The notes under the pieces were generated by a model, which made no database searches, had not been told where the DNA came from, and saw nothing but the letters and a program-made list of their open reading frames with translations. From NCBI GenBank assembly GCA_041665485.1, contig JBAYIT010000001.1, positions 204,270 to 268,269 of the forward strand: a stretch of 64,000 nt of DNA. The letters run 5' to 3'. The position numbers and the translations under genes are program-made. Positions within the stretch are counted from its first letter, which is position 1, and each line of letters starts with the position of its first letter. Shown here in pieces: positions 45,311-53,070 of the stretch. The DNA comes from Candidatus Shapirobacteria bacterium (GTDB lineage: Bacteria > Patescibacteriota > Microgenomatia > UBA12405).

Positions 45311-46771
45311 TTAAAAGGTTGCTGTAGCAGTATAGGTTAACTGATTTTCGTAATTGCCAGCGGGTTGAGTGCTGGAAGCAACTAAACGATAGCAAATATA
45401 GGCTTGTTCGGTGGCAGCGGGAGTACTGGCGTTACTCATGATAGATTGAGCTTGAGAATAACTTTTACCGAAAGCTTTGTAGAGAGAAGTGGAGCCGACC
45501 CCAACAGTGTTGGCGCTAATATTTTGTAGGGTGTAACCCCAGCTGGATTGGGTAACGTCGGTGACCCAGGTATTGCCAACAGAATAGGTGCAGGTGCCGG
45601 CATCGCAGTTGGTGTCGGGAATAGTGTTGCCGGTGCCAAAATCTTTCATTTGGTCGGTTTCATAGACAGTAACAACATAGCCGTTATCGGCATTGGTAAC
45701 ACAGGAAAGGCGTTGGGCGAGATTATTGAAGGCGGCTAGATTAAGAGAGCCGAAAGCGACGGCGGTAGCGGTGGTGTTGGCAGCATTGGAGCCGAGAGTG
45801 TTACCGCAAACGACGTTAGAAGCACTGGTGCCGACAGCGTCGACGTAAAAAGTAATTGAGGGATCGACAGTGGCGGTGACACGAACACTTTCAACAACAG
45901 CAATTTTGCCTTCGATGGTGTCATCGGTGATAATGGCATCGGTGTCGTCTAAATGGCGAATGAAGAAAGAGTAAGTATCGGCAGTGGAGTTGGCTTGACC
46001 TTCAGTGTGAGATAGAGCCGGAGCCGGATTAATAAGTTGACTACCGGAAGCTAGGGCTCGGCCGATAGTGACGGTTGCGCCAACTCCGACGGGGTTGGTG
46101 ACGCCGGCGGCCAGGTCGCAGAGAATGACGTGATAGCTATTACTATTAATAACGGCGGTGGTGCCAACGGAGGCGGTGCCAAAGGGGCAAGAAACGTCGG
46201 CAGCAGTTAGCCGTGTGCCAAGGCCGGCGGAGCCGGAGCTGGGAGTAGTGGCACCGAAGTCAAATCCTTGCTGATCAGGAATACCGTCGTTGTAAGTTTC
46301 TCCGGAGCGACTAGTGGCTTTGATTAAGAACTGCCAAGCACCGGCAGTTTTGTTTGATTGAGGAGTAAAGGAAATAGTGTGAATAGCAGAGCGGGTGGCG
46401 ATAACGGCGTTGCCAACAAACGAGGCGAGGTGGGAAACAGTGGTGCCGATTTGAAAAGTGGCAGTATTACCAAGACCATTAACAGTGTAGGTGTTGAGGG
46501 TGGTGGCGCCACTGGTGCCGATGGCAATAGTATCGCCAACAAAAAGATTGTTAGTAGTGTTGCTGGGATTGGCAGTAAGGGCAATTTTGAGGATGGTGTC
46601 GTTTATGGTGTTACCGGTGCCCAGACGGGCAAAATAAGAGAGTTGGGAGGTGGAAAGAGTGTCTTTAACGTTGATAGGGCGGACTGATTGAAGCTTTTGA
46701 GGGCGAAGAGAAATAAAAATAGAGGCAATAATAAAACAGGCTAGGGGTAAAAAAATTTTTTGATGTTTCAC
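45311..46771 (-). CDS. WxL-like surface protein, 486 aa
   Basis: Signal peptide. Thr/Gly/Ala-rich low-complexity body. The C-terminal '…PAGNYENQLTYTATATF' resembles the WxL-domain terminus (AG.Y…LTWTL…P). Confidence 0.45.
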   Translation of the reverse strand: MKHQKIFLPLACFIIASIFISLRPQKLQSVRPINVKDTLSTSQLSYFARLGTGNTINDTILKIALTANPSNTTNNLFVGDTIAIGTSGATTLNTYTVNGLGNTATFQIGTTVSHLASFVGNAVIATRSAIHTISFTPQSNKTAGAWQFLIKATSRSGETYNDGIPDQQGFDFGATTPSSGSAGLGTRLTAADVSCPFGTASVGTTAVINSNSYHVILCDLAAGVTNPVGVGATVTIGRALASGSQLINPAPALSHTEGQANSTADTYSFFIRHLDDTDAIITDDTIEGKIAVVESVRVTATVDPSITFYVDAVGTSASNVVCGNTLGSNAANTTATAVAFGSLNLAAFNNLAQRLSCVTNADNGYVVTVYETDQMKDFGTGNTIPDTNCDAGTCTYSVGNTWVTDVTQSSWGYTLQNISANTVGVGSTSLYKAFGKSYSQAQSIMSNASTPAATEQAYICYRLVASSTQPAGNYENQLTYTATATF

Positions 46772-47604
46772 TTTGGTGATTTAATATTAGTAGTGGGCCG
46801 AAAGGTTGTCAACAGGCGAATTATTAGGAGAAAAGTAATTAGGATCAGGGGAGAAAGAGGGAGGATGTAAAAATTAACCGATGTTTGGCCAAGAGTGGCA
46901 GTATAAAGCCCTGGCCAAAAGGGTGGTTTAAGAAAGCAATTAACCGGTAATTTTTGAGAATCGAGGCAGCGAAAGGGGCGGGAATTATTGGCTAAAATGT
47001 TATCTGGGGCCAGAGTGAGGCGGGAAATTTCCAGATTATTTTTGGTGATAATAATTTGATCTTGAATTTTAGTGAAATGGGAAGTGGAATTAGTGATTTG
47101 GCCGGAAAAGTTTAGAGGAGTAAGAAATATGTCTTTGATTTGAGGGGAGATAGTAAAGATGGTGGTGGTTTTCTGGGGCAGATTTTGGGAGGGAGAAAAG
47201 GAGAGGAGGAGGTGGGAGCCAATACGGGCGGAAACAGAGGTGGAGTTGCCGTCGGCGACGGCCGATGGCTCTTGAGATATAAATAGGGTGTAGTAGGCAT
47301 CGGTGGGAGCGAAGTTGGTATCAGAGGAAATTTTGAGAACCAGTTGTTGACTTTGGCCTGGTCCGAGGCGGAAAGGTTGACCAAGCCGAAGGTCGCTATT
47401 ATTGAGTTCAAAATAAATGCCGGGGGGAGTGGTAACAGAGTCGTAGGTAACCGAGCCATTGGAGCCTTTGGGGAGCCAAGGGAGAATGGAGGTGGTGACT
47501 ATTTGGGGCGAATCGGAGAGATTTTGGATGTCAAAGGCTTGGGTGACTTTAATTCCGGGCTTGATGACTAGTTCGACTTGGGCAGGGGAGATGGAGAGTT
47601 TCAT
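46768..47604 (-). CDS. DUF916/DUF3324-like (CscA-like) protein lacking an N-terminal signal peptide
   Basis: Starts directly with 'MKLSISPAQVELVIKPGIKVTQAFDIQNLSD', the DUF916-type domain. C-terminal TM 'FYILPLSPLILITFLLIIRLL' followed by a basic tail. ATGA overlap with the GxxExxY gene. Confidence 0.45.
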   Translation of the reverse strand: MKLSISPAQVELVIKPGIKVTQAFDIQNLSDSPQIVTTSILPWLPKGSNGSVTYDSVTTPPGIYFELNNSDLRLGQPFRLGPGQSQQLVLKISSDTNFAPTDAYYTLFISQEPSAVADGNSTSVSARIGSHLLLSFSPSQNLPQKTTTIFTISPQIKDIFLTPLNFSGQITNSTSHFTKIQDQIIITKNNLEISRLTLAPDNILANNSRPFRCLDSQKLPVNCFLKPPFWPGLYTATLGQTSVNFYILPLSPLILITFLLIIRLLTTFRPTTNIKSPK

Positions 47605-47885
47605 ACAGATTTACACGAATTTATAACGGATTTACACTGATCTTTAGCGGATTCACACGGATCCATTGTCCACACCAGTCTCTTGATGTAGAGCTTGGAA
47701 GCACCGAAGTTAATCAAAAGTCCGAGTTGATAATTGGTTGATTTTAGATAATGAAGAAGTTGTTGTTTGGTTTGATAGACTTGCTCTTTGTGACCAAAAC
47801 CAAGACTGTTGTAGACATTAAACACTGCCCCCCGAATGGAGTAGGACAAGTCGGCGTAAATCAGCTTTTTATCTGTGGTAATCAT
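47601..47885 (-). CDS. GxxExxY-family protein
   Basis: 'LIYADLSYSIRGAVFNVYNSLGFGHKEQVYQTKQQLLHYLKSTNYQLGLLINFGASKLYIKRLV' matches TIGR04256. The gene sits between the WxL and DUF916 genes with taATG / ATGA overlaps. Confidence 0.6.
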   Translation of the reverse strand: MITTDKKLIYADLSYSIRGAVFNVYNSLGFGHKEQVYQTKQQLLHYLKSTNYQLGLLINFGASKLYIKRLVWTMDPCESAKDQCKSVINSCKSV

Positions 47886-48649
47886 TAGTACTTAGGAATG
47901 GCAGTAAAATTAATAGAATTTTGGTATTGGCCCTCGGGTTGGAGAGGGGAGATGTTAACTTTGTAGGTGATTTGATTGATATGATCTTTGACGGGGGAAT
48001 TTTCTGAGGCAATGATTTGGGGAATTTCGCTAGTTGCTTGGTTGGCAAATTGGCGGTAGTGGGAGGTGGTGGCAAAATAGGTGGTGGCGCCGGGGCCGGA
48101 GGCGCCGATGCCAAAGCCGTATTTGGAATCGTCGTCCCAAAGAGCGGAGGTGGTTTCGGAACAATTGGCAAGATTGCAAGTGGTGTCGGGAATGGTTTGA
48201 CCGATTGAATTGGTGAGGGGGTGATTTTGAGAAACAGTGACGTCGTAGCCATGACCAGAGGGCGTAGTGATGGTGAGAGTGTTGGTAAGAGTGGTGCCAA
48301 CATTGGGGGTAAGGGAGCCAAAATTTAGATCGAGATTATCAATTTCAAAAGAAAATTTATTAATTAGGATGTCGTAGATGTATTGAAAACCCATTTTGGC
48401 AGTGTAGCCATTGGAATCAAATTGGCCGGGGGCATTTTGACCAACGGTGTCGGTTAAAGAATAGTTGTTGGATGATTTTTTGCCGGATGTCATATTGAAA
48501 TTACCCCAGTCGATAGTGTAGGTGGCGGATTCAAAATGTTGGGATCGCGCCGGAGGCGGAAATAACAAATTACAAAAAACAATTTCCAAACAAATCCCAA
48601 TGACCAAAACCGGCAAATTTTTAATTTTTAATTTTAAATTTTTAATCAA
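47885..48649 (-). CDS. WxL-like surface protein, 254 aa
   Basis: Signal peptide encoded by the family-B repeat. C-terminal '…QPEGQYQNSINFTAIPKY' is WxL-like. Confidence 0.45.
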   Translation of the reverse strand: MIKNLKLKIKNLPVLVIGICLEIVFCNLLFPPPARSQHFESATYTIDWGNFNMTSGKKSSNNYSLTDTVGQNAPGQFDSNGYTAKMGFQYIYDILINKFSFEIDNLDLNFGSLTPNVGTTLTNTLTITTPSGHGYDVTVSQNHPLTNSIGQTIPDTTCNLANCSETTSALWDDDSKYGFGIGASGPGATTYFATTSHYRQFANQATSEIPQIIASENSPVKDHINQITYKVNISPLQPEGQYQNSINFTAIPKY

Positions 48650-48711
48650 TTTGAAATTTTCAATTTTAAAAATTATTTAGAAATTAGAAATTGGAAATTA
48701 GGATTTAGACT

Positions 48712-49350
48712 TTAAATGTCTTCCGATTTATCATCAATTTCAGAAGTTAGTTTTTGGGAGGAATTTAAAAGAGACTTGGCCGAGTCTTTGACGAATTTGA
48801 GTTGTTCTTTTTGGGTATGAGGGAGAGTAGGGTTGGAAAGAAGGACAGAAGTGGTGTCGATTATCTTGACAATGCCGGTTTTGAATTTAAGGGTGAGCCA
48901 GAGAAAAAAATCGGTTTCGTCGGTGGCTAGAGTGGAGGTGAGACGCTGGTTTTGGAGGAATTGATGGCCAATAAACCAAGCGAGTGGAGTAACAAAAACG
49001 ATGGAAATTAAAGGGATAACAGAGGGAGGAGAGTTGAGTGATTGAGAAAGGAGAATAACTTGAGTAAAAGAGAGGGCCATGGTGGTGGAGGGAGGGTTTT
49101 GGAAGGAAACGGTAAAGAGAAGAAAGTAGATCAGAAAGAAGAAGGGCGAATTGAGACCACCAGTGCTAAAAACAACCAGATGACAGATGATGGATAGAAA
49201 GTAATTTAAGCTTCGGGAGTATTTTTTAACAATAAAGGGAGTAATGATGCCAGTAATGGCAATGAGCTGGGGAGCGAGATTTTCAAAGGGAGTGAGAGTA
49301 AAGAGAAAGGGGATGGCGGCAGTGAGACAGAAATAGATGATGGAGAACAT
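48712..49350 (-). CDS. Polytopic membrane protein, hypothetical
   Basis: Five to six hydrophobic segments and a C-terminal hydrophilic tail. Confidence 0.45.
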   Translation of the reverse strand: MFSIIYFCLTAAIPFLFTLTPFENLAPQLIAITGIITPFIVKKYSRSLNYFLSIICHLVVFSTGGLNSPFFFLIYFLLFTVSFQNPPSTTMALSFTQVILLSQSLNSPPSVIPLISIVFVTPLAWFIGHQFLQNQRLTSTLATDETDFFLWLTLKFKTGIVKIIDTTSVLLSNPTLPHTQKEQLKFVKDSAKSLLNSSQKLTSEIDDKSEDI

Positions 49351-49423
49351 TTATTTAGTCTAAGTTAAAAAGTCCAAAAAGTCCAAAAAGTTAGAAAGTC
49401 TAAAACTAGTTTAGAATTAAGTA

Positions 49424-50053
49424 ATGAGGAAATTGGTTTTGACCGATGCGATGTTAGTGCTGGGATTGGGGCTAATTGTGGCCGGAATGGCGATCAATTT
49501 AAAATCTTCGAATACTTCTCAATCAAAAAAACTAGAGATAATTAAGGCCGGGGTATCAGCTACGCCCACCCCGGCAAGCTCGTTTTTAGTGGATGTGTCA
49601 GGGGAAGTGATTAGGCCTGGAGTTTACAAACTAGGGGGTGAGGCACGGATTAATGATGTGTTGGTGGCCTCGGGTGGGCTGACGGCTAAGGCGGATAGAG
49701 AATGGGTGGAGGCCAATATTAATCGAGCGGAAAAAGTGAGGGATGGAATGAAGATTTTCGTGCCGAAAATAAATCAACAAGTTCCAAAAAATCCGTCTGA
49801 GACGGACTCAACTTCGTTTCGCAATTTCCAAACAAGTTCCACGTACCAAGTTCCAAGTTCCAAAACAATTAGTTTAAATACAGCGAGTTTGGCACAGTTG
49901 GATAGTTTGCCAAAAATTGGGCCGGTAATCGGGCAAAGAATTATTGATTATCGAACTAAAAATGGGGGGTTTAAAAATGTTGAGGAGTTGAAATTAGTGA
50001 CGGGAATTGGGGATAAAATGTTTGAGGAAATTCGGGATTTAATTACTTTGTAA
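49424..50053 (+). CDS. comEA: Competence protein ComEA (SLBB domain plus helix-hairpin-helix)
   Basis: N-terminal TM. SLBB 'VDVSGEVIRPGVYKLGGEARINDVLVASGGLT…GMKIFVP'. HhH 'LNTASLAQLDSLPKIGPVIGQRIIDYR…'. The family-A repeat is inserted in-frame in the linker. Confidence 0.85.
   Translation: MRKLVLTDAMLVLGLGLIVAGMAINLKSSNTSQSKKLEIIKAGVSATPTPASSFLVDVSGEVIRPGVYKLGGEARINDVLVASGGLTAKADREWVEANINRAEKVRDGMKIFVPKINQQVPKNPSETDSTSFRNFQTSSTYQVPSSKTISLNTASLAQLDSLPKIGPVIGQRIIDYRTKNGGFKNVEELKLVTGIGDKMFEEIRDLITL
49791..49838. repeat. Family-A palindromic repeat (ccgtctgagacggactc…cttcg.ttcgcaatttccaaac) in-frame inside comEA
   Basis: Copies occur at 60181-60232 and 60388-60428, plus a partial copy at 51887-51912. 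When in-frame, each encodes 'PSETDS(T/A)S(F/L)RNFQ'. Confidence 0.7.
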
Positions 50054-50189
50054 TTTTCAATTTTCAAATTCCAAAATCCAATGAATTTATTAATGTTTTA
50101 ATGTTCAAATTGAAAATTTTAAAATTTAAACATTCATTGGTATTTGAAAATTGGAGTTTGAAAATTAACTATGGTTTGGGGTTTAGGCC

Positions 50190-50990
50190 ATGAGAGAGTA
50201 TTTTTTGGAAGTAGTTTACAGGAGTCTACCTCCACAAGAGGCGGGGTTAATGGCGGGGATGGTGTGGGGAGACAGAAGTGGGTTTTCTCTCGAATTAACC
50301 AACAGCTTGAAGGATAGTGGGTTGTGGCATTTGGTGGTGGTGTCGGGAGCCAACGTGATGATTTTGGCTCGGATGTTGGTAGAATTATTGGCGCCTCTAA
50401 TTGGCCGAAAAAAAGCAATTGGGGTGATGATGGTTATGACTTGGGGGTATGCCGGAATTGTGGGGTGGGAGATGCCGGTGGTGCGGGCGATAATTCTGAT
50501 GTCGATTTACTATTGGGCCCAAGTCTTGGGGAGAAAGTTTGATGTTTGGCGGTCTCTCATGTTGACTGCTATTTTGGTGTTGGTGGCTGACCCGGAGGCG
50601 GTAGGGAGTTTGAGTTGGTGGTTATCGGTTGTCGCCTTTATTGGAGTAATAACTGGGAAAAATTTAAATACTTTTTGGCAGACGATTTGGGTGGGGGTGT
50701 GGGTGACGCCACTTTTGGCAGTGGCCATAGGCAAAATAAGTTGGATATCGCCGTTGGCCAATGTGGCAGTATTGTTTATGGTGGAAGTAATAACTGTAAT
50801 AGGGTTGATAGGGACATTAACGGGGGGTTGGCTATTGTGGGCGGCAATGCCGTTACTGAGGTGGTTGCTAGTGGTGGCCGGGGCAGCAGGGAAGGCAGGG
50901 GTGGTAAATTATCAATTTAATTGGCTGATGGTTATTGGTTGGTATAGTCTACTTTTTTGGTATTTATGGAAAAACAAAATTAAATCTTAA
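50190..50990 (+). CDS. comEC: ComEC/Rec2, N-terminal 'competence' channel domain
   Basis: 'GLWHLVVVSGANV' corresponds to the ComEC 'HLLAISGLHV' motif. Multiple TM helices. Confidence 0.75.
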   Translation: MREYFLEVVYRSLPPQEAGLMAGMVWGDRSGFSLELTNSLKDSGLWHLVVVSGANVMILARMLVELLAPLIGRKKAIGVMMVMTWGYAGIVGWEMPVVRAIILMSIYYWAQVLGRKFDVWRSLMLTAILVLVADPEAVGSLSWWLSVVAFIGVITGKNLNTFWQTIWVGVWVTPLLAVAIGKISWISPLANVAVLFMVEVITVIGLIGTLTGGWLLWAAMPLLRWLLVVAGAAGKAGVVNYQFNWLMVIGWYSLLFWYLWKNKIKS

Positions 50991-50997
50991 AAAAATA

Positions 50998-51089
50998 CGT
51001 CATTGCGAGGAATAGTTACAAAAGTGACGAAGCAATCTCGATGAGATCGCCAGGTCTCCCGATAGTTATCGGGATCCTCGCGATGACGT
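50998..51089. repeat. 99-nt palindromic element (terminal inverted repeats acgtcattgcgagg / cctcgcgatgacgt) between the two comEC ORFs
   Basis: A second copy lies at 57133-57217. Internal hairpins are cccgata.ttatcggga, and gacgaagcaatc in one copy is present as its reverse complement gattgcttcgtc in the other. Both flanking ORFs are in the same frame (50190 ≡ 51090 mod 3). Confidence 0.7.
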
Positions 51090-51101
51090 GTGTATTGTTT
51101 T

Positions 51102-51854
51102 ATGAAACTTAAAATAAGTTGGTTGGTAGTTGCTGTCTGGCTCTTGATGGTTGGTTGGGTGGCGTGGGGGGAATTTAAAAAACCAAAACAGGTGGTAATA
51201 TTTTGCAATGTCGGGCAGGGGGATATGGCGATTGTGATTGACGGCGGATTTCAGATGATAGTTGACACCGGCCCGACAGGGAGAGCTGGTGTTGAGTGTC
51301 TTGAACGAAATTTACCAATTTGGGACAGAAAAATTGAAGTAGCGATTATTACCCATGGAGATGCTGATCATAGTGGTGGGTTAGTAGAAATTCAAAAAAG
51401 TTACTTGGTGGAAAAAATAAATGTGAGTGAAGGTGATGTGGTGAGATATGGTGAGGTGGAGTTTAGAGTGATTAGCGGGTCTCTCGACTTTGCTCGGGAT
51501 GAAAATGAGGGGAGTATTATTGGAGTTTTGGAATATGGGGATAAAACTTTCTACATGATGGCGGATGCGACGGCGGAGATGGAACAGGGACTGGTTTGGC
51601 GACAGAAGTTAGAATCTACGAATTTACGAATCTACGAATCTAGAGTTTTGAAGGTGAGTCATCATGGCTCGAGGGACGGGACGACGAAAGAATTGTTGGA
51701 GACGATAAAACCGGCAGAGGCGGTGATTAGTGTGGGGAAAAATAATTACGGCCATCCGGCGACGGAGACAATAAAAAGACTGGAGGAGTTTGAAGTGAGG
51801 GTGAGGAGGACGGATCGGGAGGGGGATATCACTTATAAAATTTTAAATTTTTAA
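51102..51854 (+). CDS. comEC: ComEC/Rec2, C-terminal metallo-β-lactamase domain
   Basis: TM helix, then 'VIFCNVGQGDMAIV' and 'HGDADHSGG' (the HxHxDH motif). The ORF-track start GTG 51090 lies inside the palindromic element, so ATG 51102 was preferred. Confidence 0.75.
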   Translation: MKLKISWLVVAVWLLMVGWVAWGEFKKPKQVVIFCNVGQGDMAIVIDGGFQMIVDTGPTGRAGVECLERNLPIWDRKIEVAIITHGDADHSGGLVEIQKSYLVEKINVSEGDVVRYGEVEFRVISGSLDFARDENEGSIIGVLEYGDKTFYMMADATAEMEQGLVWRQKLESTNLRIYESRVLKVSHHGSRDGTTKELLETIKPAEAVISVGKNNYGHPATETIKRLEEFEVRVRRTDREGDITYKILNF

Positions 51855-51968
51855 TTTGAAATTTTTAGTCAAAACTAAATGTTTTAATCCGTCTGAGCCG
51901 GACAAGTTTTAAAATTTAAGAATTTAAAATTGATTAAAAATTAAAAATTGTAAATTAAAAATTAGACT

Positions 51969-52949
51969 TTACTGATTTAGGGAGACTTGTTTGTAGACCA
52001 GGTCGGCGATGCCACGGATGGTGGCGGAAAGTTTGTTGAAGTCTTGGCCCCGAGTCATAATGCAGATGAGGTAGGGTTTTTGAGGATGATAGACGATACC
52101 GCAGTCGTGGAGTTGTTTGAGGCTGGTATCAAATTTTCTTTCACCATATTTGTGGGAGCTTTTGATGTTTTTAGGAGTCACAGCAGTAAGGCCTTGATTA
52201 AACGTGCTTTGGGAGAGAAGAGAAAGAAGTTTTTCGGAGTTGGTTTGATTTAAATAACTGGCGTTGTAAAGAATACGGAAAAATGAGGCATAATCCTTGA
52301 CGGAAATGATGTTGCCGCCTGGGTCGGAAAAACCCTTACTGATGTCAATGCCTAAATCAGAATAGGTTTTGACGATTTCTTGGTTGTCGATGGATTTTTC
52401 GAGAAGTTCGTAGGCAACATTGTCGGAATATATAATCATCCTTTTTAGTAATTCTTCAACAGAGTAAGTTTGATTGAGTTCGAGTTTAGTTTCGGGTTGA
52501 AAATTTTGGTTTTGATATTCGGAGAGTGAGGTAACGGAAAGCTCTTTGGTAAGAATTTGAGGGTCAGATTCTGAATGTTTAAGATAAGTGATGGCGGTGG
52601 GCACCTTAACCAGAGAGGCGGGAGAGAAAAATTCGTCTTGATTGATACCAAACCAGGGGCCATTATTGAGGTCACGAAAATAGACAGCAACAAAATCGAC
52701 AAGGCCAGAAGATTTAAGAGAGTCGATTTTTTGGGAAATAGCGTCTTCAAGAGAGTGAAGAACGCCTTTTGACGAGCTTAGGGCCGGGTCACACTCGATG
52801 AGGGGATTAATAAATTGGTACTTTTGGGGATTACGAGTTTCAGAAAAACTAGATTGAAGTGAAGAAGAGAAAATTTTAGTTAAACCGATGCCCAGGGCAA
52901 GGCCGAGAGTGAGAGAAATGACGATTATCGGGACTTGGCGATTAAACAT
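51969..52949 (-). CDS. Serine β-lactamase / penicillin-binding-protein-like (class A-like) secreted protein
   Basis: N-terminal TM/signal segment. 'SLVK' (SxxK) and 'YSDN' (SDN) motifs with 'HKYGE' in place of KTG. About 326 aa. Confidence 0.5.
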   Translation of the reverse strand: MFNRQVPIIVISLTLGLALGIGLTKIFSSSLQSSFSETRNPQKYQFINPLIECDPALSSSKGVLHSLEDAISQKIDSLKSSGLVDFVAVYFRDLNNGPWFGINQDEFFSPASLVKVPTAITYLKHSESDPQILTKELSVTSLSEYQNQNFQPETKLELNQTYSVEELLKRMIIYSDNVAYELLEKSIDNQEIVKTYSDLGIDISKGFSDPGGNIISVKDYASFFRILYNASYLNQTNSEKLLSLLSQSTFNQGLTAVTPKNIKSSHKYGERKFDTSLKQLHDCGIVYHPQKPYLICIMTRGQDFNKLSATIRGIADLVYKQVSLNQ

Positions 52950-52964
52950 TTCTAGGTGTATAAT
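52935..52964 (+). promoter_or_regulatory. Candidate promoter for the leuS leader: TTGGCG, 18 nt, TG-TATAAT
   Basis: -35 at 52935-52940 and -10 at 52959-52964. The predicted TSS lies close to the leader-peptide ATG at 52972. Confidence 0.4.
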
Positions 52965-52971
52965 AGCAAAT

Positions 52972-53004
52972 ATGTTAATTAACCTCCTTCTCTTGTTGGC
53001 TTAA
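52972..53004 (+). CDS. Leu-rich leader peptide MLINLLLLLA (10 codons) upstream of leuS
   Basis: 'atg tta att aac ctc ctt ctc ttg ttg gct taa'. Six of the ten codons are Leu, five of them consecutive. Confidence 0.45.
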   Translation: MLINLLLLLA

Positions 53005-53007
53005 AAG

Positions 53008-53054
53008 GCGGGGGTTAAAGGAAAAGCACAACCCCGCAAGAGCGGGGTTTTTTA
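53008..53054 (+). terminator. Attenuator: antiterminator (53008-53016 with 53030-53037) alternating with an intrinsic terminator (53030-53037 with 53042-53049, followed by a T-run)
   Basis: Segment 2 'gcgggggtt', segment 3 'aaccccgc', segment 4 'gcggggtt', then 'tttttag'. Segment 3 can pair with either partner. leuS starts at 53071. Confidence 0.5.
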
Positions 53055-53070
53055 GTTTAAAATAATAAAA

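Noticed and set aside
53030-53054. Hairpin plus T-run as the terminator of the β-lactamase-like gene
   Set aside because: It lies at that gene's 5' end. On the minus strand the run is A-rich and precedes the stem, so it cannot terminate minus-strand transcription.
52950-53070. T-box riboswitch leader for leuS
   Set aside because: The leader is only about 100 nt. It has no specifier loop or T-box consensus. The Leu-rich leader peptide plus alternative hairpins explains the structure better.
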